In this document: in pieces, positions 28,086 through 38,006 of the stretch
Layout of the letters: each line of letters opens with the position of its first letter
Position numbering within the stretch: position 1 is the first letter of the stretch
Assembly (NCBI GenBank): GCA_046350855.1
Contig: JAXLZM010000002.1
Location: forward strand, 78,103-142,102
Direction of reading: 5' to 3'
From: Candidatus Anderseniibacteriota bacterium
GTDB taxonomy: Bacteria; Patescibacteriota; JAUYIX01
DNA length: 64,000 nt
The notes under the pieces: generated by a model
Told to the model about the DNA's origin: nothing
Databases searched by the model: none
What the model saw: the letters and a program-made list of their open reading frames with translations, nothing else
Translations under genes and position numbers: made by a program

Positions 28086-29253
28086 CGCGGGGTTCAGTAT
28101 AGCCCGGCCGTGTGATTTGTTCACCTACCTGATGCAGGACCCGCGCGGCCTCACTCAGCGTAAGTTGCAGCCGTACATGGGCCATGTGGCCGTTGTGTTT
28201 TTGGGCGCTGATGGGAGCGTGGGTCTCGAGTGTTGTGAGCACACGCTGGATGACCGTCTCGCGCGGCGAGACCAAAATCGCGCCGCTCGTACTACGCGCC
28301 AACTCGTAGACCACGGCAATGAGCTGGGCCTGCGAGGATTGAGTTAACACATCCCGCATCACCTCCACCAACTGATCCGGCTGCGTACGGGTCTCAGCAA
28401 AATCCACTTGTCTAATACTGGCAACCCAAACCCGCTCGAGCGGATCCGCACCAAGGCGCGAGAGCAGCCGACCCCACAGTTTAAGCACCGGCAAGGGTTT
28501 TGTCTTATACAAATGCTGAACCACGACATGCCGATTAGCCCCATGCTCGAGTAGTTCTGCCGCAAGATCAAACTCTTGGGGACTAGTCATGCCCCGCTGA
28601 AAACTCTGGCTCTCGGCAAAAACCCCCGTGAGGAGTGCCGTGGCGATAGTGGGAGTTAAAGCCGATGGTATATTCGAGAGCAAGGCGTGGGTGATCTCGG
28701 CACACGAGCGCGCCCCCGCTTGACCAAGGTGCACCGTCGCAAAAGATTCTGCATCGACCTGTGGGCTGATGGCAATAATCGGACGGCGATAAAATTGTTC
28801 AGTATTTTTGGTAAAGCGCGGCCCCAAGTCTTGTAGCCGACGTACCCCCAGCACCACGACCAGATCCGCACTCACGTTTGACGTTGTTTCAACTGCAACA
28901 CCGCTTGTCGTTAACGTATTTGGTTGGCTCGGTACCACGTGCACGCGTAGGCCTGTCTCGCTCCGCTCATACGACAACGCGGCCGTCGCTCCCGCGGCGA
29001 GCGGAATATCAATCGTCAAAGTCTGTGTGAGCTCCAGCTTGGTCTTAATCGCCCGCGCCCCCGCCAAAAAAGCCAGCGGAACGGTTGGTTCACGCTCCAG
29101 CACGATCGTTGCGGTGATACCGTGGGAGTCGAGTAGTTCTGCCAAGGCGCAGGCTGAGGCAATTGCATCGGTATCCTCACTCGAGCGCGGATATAAGACC
29201 ACCCGCTTGGCGTTTAACAGAAGTGTGCGAGCTGTCTCAAATGAGGTCGGCAT
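27988..29253 (-). CDS. Divergent DHH-family phosphoesterase (NrnA-like)
   Basis: DTDAIASA, ARSCAEI, ATALLTGVFAESQSF, LKLWGRLL; the canonical DHH triad is absent (IIAISPQ). Confidence 0.7.
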   Translation of the reverse strand: MPTSFETARTLLLNAKRVVLYPRSSEDTDAIASACALAELLDSHGITATIVLEREPTVPLAFLAGARAIKTKLELTQTLTIDIPLAAGATAALSYERSETGLRVHVVPSQPNTLTTSGVAVETTSNVSADLVVVLGVRRLQDLGPRFTKNTEQFYRRPIIAISPQVDAESFATVHLGQAGARSCAEITHALLSNIPSALTPTIATALLTGVFAESQSFQRGMTSPQEFDLAAELLEHGANRHVVVQHLYKTKPLPVLKLWGRLLSRLGADPLERVWVASIRQVDFAETRTQPDQLVEVMRDVLTQSSQAQLIAVVYELARSTSGAILVSPRETVIQRVLTTLETHAPISAQKHNGHMAHVRLQLTLSEAARVLHQVGEQITRPGYTEPRDGTRRQQSGQQRGDTALAAAGRPTQPQPKLAA

Positions 29254-29323
29254 AGGCCTACTAAATAGGACCCCAAACCGTAACGTGGCTGAGTTGTCCA
29301 GTCAAGCGTGCTAAAATCAGGCC

Positions 29324-30166
29324 ATGCAGTATCTCCAAGCCATCGTTTTGGGGGCGGTGCAAGGCCTGACCGAATTTTTGCCGATTTCGAGCGACGGACA
29401 TCTTTTTATCGTGCGGCAACTCTTTGGTTGGTCCGATCAAGGGCTACTCTTTGACGCAGTGCTCCACATCGGCACACTGCTCTCTATTATTATTGTGCTG
29501 TGGCGTGATCTGGCAGAACTGTTTGTCGGATTTTGGCAGGTCATCACGCGCCGGGAGTTGACTAAGACGCGCCAAGAGCGGCTCTTTGTTGCGGCCGTAG
29601 TGGCGACGATCCCCGCGGCGGTGGCTGGCTACTTTTTAGAGGACCTCTTTACGACCACCTACCGTAACGTGCTCTCGGTCGGGTTGTGGTTTGCGGCCTG
29701 TGGCGCCTTTTACCTCTTGGCCGAACAACTCGTCCGTAAAAAGCAACAGACTAAGCTCGAGCCAACCGTCCGTGACGCACTCGCGATCGGATTAGCGCAG
29801 GTGACGGCGCTGCTGCCTGGCGTGTCCCGCTCCGGCACGACCATCGCCACCGGGTCCTTAGTCGGACTAAAGCGCGAAGCCGCGGCGCGTTTTTCGTTTG
29901 TCATGGCGGCTCCAATTATTGCGGGGGCGTCTTTGCTCAGTTTGGTTCAGCTGCTAACGGGACATGCTGGTTCTGCCACGGCCCCCGTGACGCTCCGCGA
30001 TTGGCTCCCGCTCATCGTCGGGACCCTGGTCGCGTTGGTCGTCGGCGTTTTTGCGCTCAAGGGGTTACTGCAGATCGTTAAGCGGCGCGGCCTGCGTCTG
30101 TTTGGCGCCTACATGCTCACGTTAGGCGGCCTGATCGTCGCCTTGCATTTGTTTGGGATCTGGTAG
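29324..30166 (+). CDS. uppP: Undecaprenyl-diphosphatase
   Basis: VQGLTEFLPISSDGH, PGVSRSGTTI, AARFSF. Confidence 0.96.
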   Translation: MQYLQAIVLGAVQGLTEFLPISSDGHLFIVRQLFGWSDQGLLFDAVLHIGTLLSIIIVLWRDLAELFVGFWQVITRRELTKTRQERLFVAAVVATIPAAVAGYFLEDLFTTTYRNVLSVGLWFAACGAFYLLAEQLVRKKQQTKLEPTVRDALAIGLAQVTALLPGVSRSGTTIATGSLVGLKREAAARFSFVMAAPIIAGASLLSLVQLLTGHAGSATAPVTLRDWLPLIVGTLVALVVGVFALKGLLQIVKRRGLRLFGAYMLTLGGLIVALHLFGIW

Positions 30167-30181
30167 AGCATCAAGCGTTCT

Positions 30182-30673
30182 ATGCGTTTGTATCTCCCGG
30201 ACGAACAGCACACCCACTCGCTCGGCCGCTGGTTGGCCAGTCGTGTCAGCGGTGGACACGTGCTCAGCTTGGAGGGTCCCCTCGGGGCCGGCAAAACCAC
30301 TTTGCTCCAAGGGCTCGCTCAGGGACTGGGGATCCCGGCTCGTTTGACCAGCCCCACCTTTATTGTATTTAGAGTTTTGCCGGTGACCCAGTCTGTCAAT
30401 CCGGGCTCCGGGATCGCGCAGCTTGTGCACGCCGACGCCTATCGCATCAAAAATCCGGCCGAACTAGTCGCCACCGGTTTTACCGAGTACGTGGGACGTC
30501 CCGATACCCTGACGGTGGTCGAGTGGGGGGACCGCGTCAAAAAACTGCTTCCACAAGACACGCTGCAGATCAAGTTGACGCGTGGTTCTGCAAAAAAAAG
30601 CACACGGTCGGGACGCCAAGTTGATCTACCGGCTGCACTCGGAAAACCACCCAAGGACTGGTATAAAAACTGA
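30182..30673 (+). CDS. tsaE: t6A biosynthesis ATPase TsaE
   Basis: LEGPLGAGKTT, TSPTF, HADAYRI, VVEWG. Confidence 0.95.
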   Translation: MRLYLPDEQHTHSLGRWLASRVSGGHVLSLEGPLGAGKTTLLQGLAQGLGIPARLTSPTFIVFRVLPVTQSVNPGSGIAQLVHADAYRIKNPAELVATGFTEYVGRPDTLTVVEWGDRVKKLLPQDTLQIKLTRGSAKKSTRSGRQVDLPAALGKPPKDWYKN

Positions 30674-30674
30674 T

Positions 30675-33557
30675 ATGGCAACGCGTTCATCCGCCGCAAA
30701 AAAGCATCGCCTAGTGGTCTTTGATGGCAACTCGATCGTGCACCGGGCCTACCACGCTTTGCCGCCGACTTTGACCACGCGCGATGGGCGACCGGTCAAT
30801 GCGGTCTATGGATTTGTCTCGATCCTGCTCAAGGCCCTGGCCGACATCAAACCGCAATACGTAGTGGTGGCCTGGGATTATCCGGCCGAGACGTTTAGGC
30901 ACGCGTTATATGTCGAGTACAAGGCGACACGCCAAAAAGCGGATCCAGAATTGTACGCGCAGATTCCGATCGTCAAACAGGTCGTTGAGGCCATGAACAT
31001 TCCGTTACTGGAGGTCAAAGGCTACGAGGCGGACGATATTTTAGGCACTCTCGCGCACCAGGCCCACGAGTTTAAAGATGTTGAGACCGTATTGGTTACG
31101 GGAGACAAGGACGCCCTGCAATTGGTCGACAGCACAACTTGGGTCTACGCCATGAAGACCGGCATCAGCGAGGTGATCGAGTATGACCCAGCCAAAGTGC
31201 ACGAGAAGTTTGGGCTGTCTCCTGCGCAGTTGATCGAGTTTAAAGCCTTGCGCGGCGATCCTTCTGATAATATCCCGGGCGTAACTGGCGTCGGCGAAAA
31301 AACCGCCACTAAACTGATCCAAAATTTTGGTTCGATCGCGGTACTCTATACAGAGTTGGGTTCTGCCACCAAATCGGGCAAAAAAGAGCTGCTTAAGGGC
31401 GACCCCAAAACGACCGGCATTAAAATCTCCGGCAAACTCTTTGAGCGGTTGGTTCAACACCAAAAAGACGCCGAGCTTAGTCGCACCTTGGTCACCATCG
31501 ACACCAAAGCACCCGTCAAACTTAATCTACAGTTGGCCGAACTCGCCAACTACGATCATGACAAAGTCGTTACGCTTTTTGCTGAGTTGCAATTTAAGAC
31601 GTTGGTCAAGCGTTTACCAACCGCCGCACCGCGTGAGACTCAGTCACTTTTGAGCGTTGCACCGACCGGAGTCGCGCCCGGCGACAAACAAGCAAAGGGC
31701 CAGCGACCGAGCGACCAGGAAATCCAAGAAAAGTTAGAACGCTCGGGGTATGTGCTGGTCAATAACGAGACCAAGCTCAAGGCCATGATCGCTAAGCTCA
31801 GTAAGGTCAAGCGTTTTGCCTTTGATACCGAGACGACCATTCTTGGCCCAATGGGGTGCGAACTCGTCGGGCTCTCCTTTTGTGCAGCCGACGGCGAGGC
31901 CTTTTATGTCCCCGTCGGCCACGAACCGCATCTTGGTAAAACCTGCACGCGCACTCGTGCGCTGGAGTTGCTTAAAGTCCTGCTCGAGAACCCCAAGATC
32001 GGTAAAGTTGGTCACAATGCCAAGTACGACCTGGTCGTCCTCAAAAACTATGGCATTACAGTTGCTCCCGTCGTCTTTGACACCATGATCGCGAGCTACT
32101 TACTCGATCCCGGCCGCCGCCAAAATTCCCTCGACGCTCTGGCCTTTAACGAACTCGGCTACGAGATGATGCCGATCGAGGAGTGCATTGGGGTCGGGCG
32201 CAAGCAGTGCTCATTTAGCGAAGTGGACCTGCCGCGCGCCACGTTTTACGCTGCCGAGGATGCCGATTACACCTGGCGTCTCCTTGCTCCCCTTGAGAAA
32301 AAAATTAAAGCCAGCCCCGGCGCACAAAAAGTCTTCCAAGAAATCGAAGTTCCGCTGATCCCGGTCCTGGTGGATATGGAATTCCGCGGGGTCAAAGTCG
32401 ATACCAAAGTCTTGGTTGAGCTCGCCAAGCGCTACTCCAAGCGCGTCGTAGAAATCCGCAAGCAGATTTATAAGCACGCTAAGGGCGAGTTCAATATAAG
32501 TTCACCCAATCAATTGCAAGAGGTGCTGTTTGAACGACTCGCCATCCCAACCTTAGAAATCAAACGCACCAAGACCGGCTACTCGACCGCCGCCAGCGAG
32601 CTCGAGAAATTACGCGGTAAGCACCCCATCGTCGACCTGATCAGTGAGTACCGCGAGCTCACCAAATTGATCTCGACCTACCTTGAGGCCTTGCCCGAGC
32701 TGGTCGAACCCGGCACCGGTCGCGTCCATACCAGTTACAACCAGACTATCGCGGCGACCGGGCGGCTCTCCTCGACCGACCCCAACTTGCAAAATATTCC
32801 AGTGCGTACCGAGGTCGGTAACGAAATCCGCAAAGCTTTTGTGCCGGAGAAGGGCAACACCCTCGTGGCCTTGGACTACTCGCAGATCGAACTACGCATC
32901 GCCGCGCACTTTAGTCAGGACCCGGCGCTCATTAAGGCCTTTACCTCCGGGCAAGATATTCATGCCGCCACCGCCTCGCGCGTCCTCAAAAAACCCATGG
33001 ACAAAATTACTAAAGCGGAGCGTTCTGCCGCCAAAATGATGAACTTCGGAGTAATTTACGGGCTCTCAGCCTTTGGGTTGTCGCAGCGCTCGGGCATGTC
33101 GCGCGACGAAGCCCACGATTTTATCGAAAACTATTTTGCGAGCTACCCCAAGCTCAAAGAGTACATCGACGGCATGACCGAACAGGTTCGCAAGACCGGC
33201 TACGTCGAGACACTCTTTGGGCGTCGCCGCTACTTACCTGAGGTGCGCTCACAAAACTGGCAGGTGCGGGCCGGGGCGGAGCGAGCGGCCACCAACCATC
33301 CCTTTCAGGGGACCAACGCGGACATTATCAAAAAAGCTATGATCACGATTCATGCCAAAGTGCCTGGCGCTGACAAGTTGCTCCTTATGCAGGTGCACGA
33401 CGAGTTGATTTTTGAGATTCCAACCAAGGACGTCAAAAAAGTCGCGGACGCCTGCAAAAAAATTATGGAGACCGTCACTAAGCTGCGCGTCCCAATCGTG
33501 GTTGATATCAGTACGGGTTCTAACTGGGGTGAACTTGAAAAACTCAAAAAAGACTAG
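30675..33557 (+). CDS. polA: DNA polymerase I
   Basis: DGNSIVHRAYHA, GYEADD, GDPSDNIPGV, FDTET, TGRLSSTDPNLQNIP, DYSQIELR, QVHDEL. Confidence 0.97.
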   Translation: MATRSSAAKKHRLVVFDGNSIVHRAYHALPPTLTTRDGRPVNAVYGFVSILLKALADIKPQYVVVAWDYPAETFRHALYVEYKATRQKADPELYAQIPIVKQVVEAMNIPLLEVKGYEADDILGTLAHQAHEFKDVETVLVTGDKDALQLVDSTTWVYAMKTGISEVIEYDPAKVHEKFGLSPAQLIEFKALRGDPSDNIPGVTGVGEKTATKLIQNFGSIAVLYTELGSATKSGKKELLKGDPKTTGIKISGKLFERLVQHQKDAELSRTLVTIDTKAPVKLNLQLAELANYDHDKVVTLFAELQFKTLVKRLPTAAPRETQSLLSVAPTGVAPGDKQAKGQRPSDQEIQEKLERSGYVLVNNETKLKAMIAKLSKVKRFAFDTETTILGPMGCELVGLSFCAADGEAFYVPVGHEPHLGKTCTRTRALELLKVLLENPKIGKVGHNAKYDLVVLKNYGITVAPVVFDTMIASYLLDPGRRQNSLDALAFNELGYEMMPIEECIGVGRKQCSFSEVDLPRATFYAAEDADYTWRLLAPLEKKIKASPGAQKVFQEIEVPLIPVLVDMEFRGVKVDTKVLVELAKRYSKRVVEIRKQIYKHAKGEFNISSPNQLQEVLFERLAIPTLEIKRTKTGYSTAASELEKLRGKHPIVDLISEYRELTKLISTYLEALPELVEPGTGRVHTSYNQTIAATGRLSSTDPNLQNIPVRTEVGNEIRKAFVPEKGNTLVALDYSQIELRIAAHFSQDPALIKAFTSGQDIHAATASRVLKKPMDKITKAERSAAKMMNFGVIYGLSAFGLSQRSGMSRDEAHDFIENYFASYPKLKEYIDGMTEQVRKTGYVETLFGRRRYLPEVRSQNWQVRAGAERAATNHPFQGTNADIIKKAMITIHAKVPGADKLLLMQVHDELIFEIPTKDVKKVADACKKIMETVTKLRVPIVVDISTGSNWGELEKLKKD

Positions 33558-33570
33558 CGATGCGCACGAT

Positions 33571-34155
33571 ATGAGCCCAACACATCTCGAGCGTGCGGTC
33601 TCGTTACTACAATCCGGAGAGGTACTGGCGGTGGCAACCGACACCGTTTTTGGTTTGATGTGTGATCCATGCAACCAAGCGGCCGTCGACAAGATCTTTA
33701 CCCTCAAAGGGCGAGATTTTACTAAACCGTTGCAAGTTTTGGCGGTCGATCGTAAGCAAGCACAAGACTTGATCGAGATCCCCGAGCATGCCGTCGAGCT
33801 AACCCATGAATGGCCAGGTGCCCTGACCTTGGTGGCAAAAGCAAAAGTGCAGCTTGCAAAGCGAGTTGGCAAAGAGAATACGCTCGGCGTGCGTGTTCCG
33901 ACGGGTGCGACTATTACGGCTTTGTTGCAGGCTTTTGGTCCGGTGGCTGCAACTAGCGCCAACCCTTCTGGCCAGTCACCTGCCACGACCAAAGCGCAGG
34001 TCGCGGCCTATTTTGGAGATACCATTCCGCTCATCCTGGGCGAGGATCGTGAGGTAGCCAGTGGTTCTGCCTCAAAAGTGGTCGACGTCACGCACCAGCC
34101 TCATGTAGTATTGCGCCAACCCTCAAATCCCAATGCCAGAACTACCCGAAGTTGA
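33571..34155 (+). CDS. tsaC: L-threonylcarbamoyladenylate synthase (TsaC/YrdC/Sua5)
   Basis: TDTVFGL, IFTLKGR, WPGALT, GVRVP, ATSANPSG. Confidence 0.93.
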   Translation: MSPTHLERAVSLLQSGEVLAVATDTVFGLMCDPCNQAAVDKIFTLKGRDFTKPLQVLAVDRKQAQDLIEIPEHAVELTHEWPGALTLVAKAKVQLAKRVGKENTLGVRVPTGATITALLQAFGPVAATSANPSGQSPATTKAQVAAYFGDTIPLILGEDREVASGSASKVVDVTHQPHVVLRQPSNPNARTTRS

Positions 34156-35014
34156 ATCCCAGGCGCGCGATGTTAAGCACTGGGTCGTAGGCCGACCGAT
34201 TCAGGAAGTCTGGGTCGGTAACAAAAAAACCGTGGCGACGCCGGGCGTGCCACAATTTATCAAGCAGCTCAAGGGTCGACGGTTTAAAAAAGTCTCGCGG
34301 CGCGGCAAATTCATCCTGATGGAGCTCGATGGCGGGTTAACGCTTGTCTCGCACTTTAGGATGACTGGACATTTTAGACTGGCGTCCCTTACCAAGTCTA
34401 AGTCGGCGCGCGAGTGGTATATCTATCCGCCCGATCGGTTCAGCCGAGTGGCGTTTAAATTGGATCGCGGGGATGTGTTGCACTATACCGACATCCGTAA
34501 GTTTGGACGGCTGTGGTTGGTGCCGACCAAAAAAGTGCAGCAGTTACCTGAGTTGGCAGAACTCGGACCTGAGCCACTCGACAAGAGCTTTACCCCCGAT
34601 AAATTTGCTACCTGCGTGCGCCGTTTTAGTGGCATGATTAAACCGGTGTTACTCAATCAATCATGTGTGGCCGGCATCGGCAATATTTATGCGGACGAGA
34701 GTTTGTTTGACGCGGCGATTCATCCTAAAACGCGCGTACAAAAATTGTCGGATGAGCAGCTGCATGAACTCGTCAAGATGGTAATCGCCAATTTGGGAGC
34801 GGCGGTTAAGCACCGGGGTTCGAGTGTAGGGGAGTTCACCAACATTAAGGGCGACGCGGGCAAACACGGTTTGTATCTGCGGGTCTACCAACAAACTGGC
34901 GAAAAATGTCAGCGCCGACGTAACGGCAAGCCCTGTGGTGGCGTGGTTAAGCGCATCGTGGTTGGACAGCGCGGTACCCACATCTGTCCGGTCTGCCAAA
35001 AAGTCAAAAGATAG
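34133..35014 (+). CDS. mutM: Formamidopyrimidine-DNA glycosylase
   Basis: MPELPEVE, RRGKF, HFRMTG, DIRKFG, GIGNIYADE, C-terminal zinc finger. Confidence 0.96.
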   Translation: MPELPEVESQARDVKHWVVGRPIQEVWVGNKKTVATPGVPQFIKQLKGRRFKKVSRRGKFILMELDGGLTLVSHFRMTGHFRLASLTKSKSAREWYIYPPDRFSRVAFKLDRGDVLHYTDIRKFGRLWLVPTKKVQQLPELAELGPEPLDKSFTPDKFATCVRRFSGMIKPVLLNQSCVAGIGNIYADESLFDAAIHPKTRVQKLSDEQLHELVKMVIANLGAAVKHRGSSVGEFTNIKGDAGKHGLYLRVYQQTGEKCQRRRNGKPCGGVVKRIVVGQRGTHICPVCQKVKR

Positions 35015-35064
35015 GGCGCGGACAGGCGCTAGACAAGTACGTCGCGGCGCGCCAGAGTACAGCT

Positions 35065-36042
35065 ATGATTATTCTGCTTTCGAGCCAATCCTACCGGTTG
35101 CTACAAGAACAGCTCGCGCAGCTGGTCGGCAGCTTTAAGCAAAAAGCTGGGGCAGGGGCTAGTCTCGAAGAAATCATCGCGACCTCGTCTATGACCGCCA
35201 AAGAAATCTGGTCGCGCCTTGGGACGGGCTCACTTTTTGCAAGCAAGCGCTTGGTGCTGGTACGGGATGCATTGGACTCGTTGCGTTCTACCGAGTCAAA
35301 GTCTCTGGCAGAACTACTCAAAAAACGCGAACTACCTGCAGGTACGACCCTTGTGCTACTGGCCCACGAGCCGCTACCACCCATGACTAAAAATCCGCTC
35401 TACGCTTTTTGTAAAAAGACCAAAGCCGTCCGAAAAATTAGTGTTGCGATCCCCGAGGGCCCGAGCATGGTCAAGGCCTTGGGAGCACGCGCACAAAAAC
35501 TGGGCGTGAATTTGCCCGCCGCCGCGGCTCGCGAACTACTCGACCGTGCGGCCGACTTTGATCAGGCTCTCAACGAGCTGGATAAACTCGCTCTCTACGC
35601 ACTCTCACAAAAAAATAAAACGATTACGTTGGGTGATATCCAGGCCATGACCACGACTACGCTTGAAGCTGACATTTTTGCCATGCTACGAGCACTTTCT
35701 GCGGGGCAGCGCGCGCAAGCCCTGCGCTTACTCCATCGCGAACTCGCGGCGGGTGCCCATCCGCTCTACATTTTAGCCATGTTGCGCTACCAGTTTAGGT
35801 CCCTCATCTTGGTGGCTGAGAGCGACGACGGTATGCAAGCTCCGCGGGTAATGCAACAGCGTACCGGTCTTTCTCCCTTTGTGATTCGCTCTATGCAACA
35901 GACGTTGCGCGCTGGTCGTTATTCTACAGGCTCAATCAAAGCCATTTTTAATAAGCTCGTCGATGCGGACGAGGCTATCAAAACCAGCGCTATCGATGGG
36001 GACGTCGCGCTTGATCTGCTGGTGCTCGCGATGAGTCGCTAG
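35065..36042 (+). CDS. holA: DNA polymerase III delta subunit
   Basis: SLFASKRLV, NELDKL, DEAIKT; adjacent to rpsT as is common. Confidence 0.85.
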   Translation: MIILLSSQSYRLLQEQLAQLVGSFKQKAGAGASLEEIIATSSMTAKEIWSRLGTGSLFASKRLVLVRDALDSLRSTESKSLAELLKKRELPAGTTLVLLAHEPLPPMTKNPLYAFCKKTKAVRKISVAIPEGPSMVKALGARAQKLGVNLPAAAARELLDRAADFDQALNELDKLALYALSQKNKTITLGDIQAMTTTTLEADIFAMLRALSAGQRAQALRLLHRELAAGAHPLYILAMLRYQFRSLILVAESDDGMQAPRVMQQRTGLSPFVIRSMQQTLRAGRYSTGSIKAIFNKLVDADEAIKTSAIDGDVALDLLVLAMSR

Positions 36043-36055
36043 TCGGCTGAACCGC

Positions 36056-36334
36056 TTATGTAGTAGCCGCTTTGGCTAACTTGTTGACCGCATTGGTCAG
36101 GCGTGACTTGTATCGTGCGGCCGTCCGAGCATGCACCACGCCAGCCTTGACGGCGCGATCCAACTGCGAGGCCATTTTTTTGAGTGACTCACGCGCCTCG
36201 GGAGCTTTACCCGCGGCCACGGCCTTACGCGTTACCGAAATCGCCTTCCGAACCGTGCGTCGGACTTGGGCGTTGCGTGTAGCACGGCGTTTGGTTACGC
36301 GGAGCGCTTTGATACCTGCATGTCGACGAATCAT
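36056..36334 (-). CDS. rpsT: 30S ribosomal protein S20
   Basis: KALRVTKRRATRN, LDRAVKAGVVHARTAARYKSRL. Confidence 0.93.
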   Translation of the reverse strand: MIRRHAGIKALRVTKRRATRNAQVRRTVRKAISVTRKAVAAGKAPEARESLKKMASQLDRAVKAGVVHARTAARYKSRLTNAVNKLAKAATT

Positions 36335-36351
36335 ATGTGCGCGCTAGCCTA

Positions 36352-37254
36352 TCAGCGGGCCAACGACCTGTCAAAGAGTTTTTTCAGTTTAAAGGTCTCG
36401 CTGACCCGATCTAACGAGACCAGCATCTGTAACTCGCCACGCCGCGTCACGATTGCCACCTCGTTCTGCTTTGTTTTTTGGGAGAACCCCTTGGCCGAAA
36501 TCGTCTGCCCATTGGCAAGTCGCGCCAGTTCTGCCGCTGACGGAATCAAATGGATCAGGTGCTCGACCGCGATCTCAAGCGGCAAGAGCAACCCTGACAA
36601 ACGCTCTGCCGTAATGTCGTTGAGCTCGTAGGCATCTGCTAGGTTGATCGTTCCGCTGCGAGTGCGCTTGAGGGAGGCCAGGTACCCACCCGTGCCGAGG
36701 TCGGCCCCAAGGTCACGCGCAATGGCTCGGATATAGGTGCCCGAGCTGACTCGAGTCTCGATCTGGAGAGTGGGGTACTGGTAGGAGAGTAAGGTGAGCT
36801 CGTGCACCGTGACCGGGCGCGGTTTGCGCTCGACCGCCACCCCGCGTCGAGCCAAGTCGTACATGCGTCGGCCTTGGACTTTGAGTGCTGAGTAAGCTGG
36901 CGGAACCTGCTGGATCGGGCCGGTCAAACGCGCCAAGGCCAGACGGACCGCTGGTTCTGCCGGAGGAGTGCTCACGGTTTGCGGCGTTTTATGTCCGTCC
37001 TGGTCGTCGGTATCGCTGGTCACACCAAGCTGTATCTGGCCTCGGTACGTTTTGTCACGACCCTGCAGATACTCGACCAGGCGGGTGGCTTGATTGATCG
37101 CAATTACGAGTAGCCCGGTCGCAAAGGGATCGAGAGTGCCGGCATGGCCGATCTTGTCGATTTTGGTAATCGAGCGTACCTTAGCGACTACGTCAAACGA
37201 CGTCCACTTTTTGGGTTTGTTGATTGCCAAAAAACCACTCGGTGCCGCAGGCAT
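36352..37254 (-). CDS. truB: tRNA pseudouridine(55) synthase
   Basis: KIGHAGTLDPFATG, QVPPAYSALK, SSGTYIRAIARDLG. Confidence 0.96.
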   Translation of the reverse strand: MPAAPSGFLAINKPKKWTSFDVVAKVRSITKIDKIGHAGTLDPFATGLLVIAINQATRLVEYLQGRDKTYRGQIQLGVTSDTDDQDGHKTPQTVSTPPAEPAVRLALARLTGPIQQVPPAYSALKVQGRRMYDLARRGVAVERKPRPVTVHELTLLSYQYPTLQIETRVSSGTYIRAIARDLGADLGTGGYLASLKRTRSGTINLADAYELNDITAERLSGLLLPLEIAVEHLIHLIPSAAELARLANGQTISAKGFSQKTKQNEVAIVTRRGELQMLVSLDRVSETFKLKKLFDRSLAR

Positions 37255-37328
37255 ACAGCAATTGTGCCTCAAGCGCGAGAGGGTTCCAAATCTCGAGTGC
37301 TGACGTGAGTGTCAGCCAGGGAGGTACC

Positions 37329-37529
37329 GTGCCCGTAGAGTTGCATACGCTTTTTCGCCACATGATGGCAGAACTGCTCGGCGTCAAACCAGAAGAGGTC
37401 CCCGATCGGTGCATGGCAACGTTTTCGGAGGAACGCTACCGTGAGTCCTTACACAAGCAAGGTCTCGAGCCGCCCTCACCGGAGACTTTGAGCGCCTGGA
37501 TCGAGGCTCGTAAAAAGGTTGGTACGTGA
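37329..37529 (+). CDS. Small hypothetical protein (66 aa)
   Basis: GGAGGT ribosome-binding site before GTG 37329; similar to the next ORF. Confidence 0.6.
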   Translation: MPVELHTLFRHMMAELLGVKPEEVPDRCMATFSEERYRESLHKQGLEPPSPETLSAWIEARKKVGT

Positions 37530-37576
37530 CATGCTGATGTCTCGCTCTGCTACTATGTCAGTGTTGGGGGTGCAGA

Positions 37577-37825
37577 ATGGCACGAGAAAGTCTCTCCGAG
37601 TTCTTTAACCGTCACATAGCTGCAGCCGAAGGGGTTCGTCCAGAAGAGATAACGTCCGAGTACATCCAACGTCGGCGACGCGAGATTTACCAGGACAGTC
37701 GGGAACTCCTAACGCCCGATCCGCTGACCGGACAATTCAGGGCTATGACTCGAGCCGAGCGTGACCAAGCCCTACGTGAGTGGGAGCTCCTCTCCAAGAA
37801 TCTCCAGGAGCTACGACTCTCATGA
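37577..37825 (+). CDS. Small hypothetical protein (82 aa)
   Basis: GGGGGT ribosome-binding site; shares a GV(K/R)PEE(V/I) motif with the previous ORF. Confidence 0.6.
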   Translation: MARESLSEFFNRHIAAAEGVRPEEITSEYIQRRRREIYQDSRELLTPDPLTGQFRAMTRAERDQALREWELLSKNLQELRLS

Positions 37826-37974
37826 CGGAGGCAATCCGCTCGTGGATCAGTACGGTTGCGTTTTGGGTACTACTGGTCACCTTCGTGTGGATTGCGTTCC
37901 AGATCTGGACTCAAGACGTGTACAAGCCCGAAAAGCCTTCGGCTCCACCACCAAAGACCAAACCTGATGCCTAA
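37822..37974 (+). CDS. Small single-TM protein (50 aa)
   Basis: ATGA overlap with the previous stop; hydrophobic helix and Pro/Lys tail; followed by a hairpin at 37973-38006. Confidence 0.55.
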   Translation: MTEAIRSWISTVAFWVLLVTFVWIAFQIWTQDVYKPEKPSAPPPKTKPDA

Positions 37975-38006
37975 CCGCCTCGCTTTGTAAGCCTGGCGGT
38001 TCTTTT

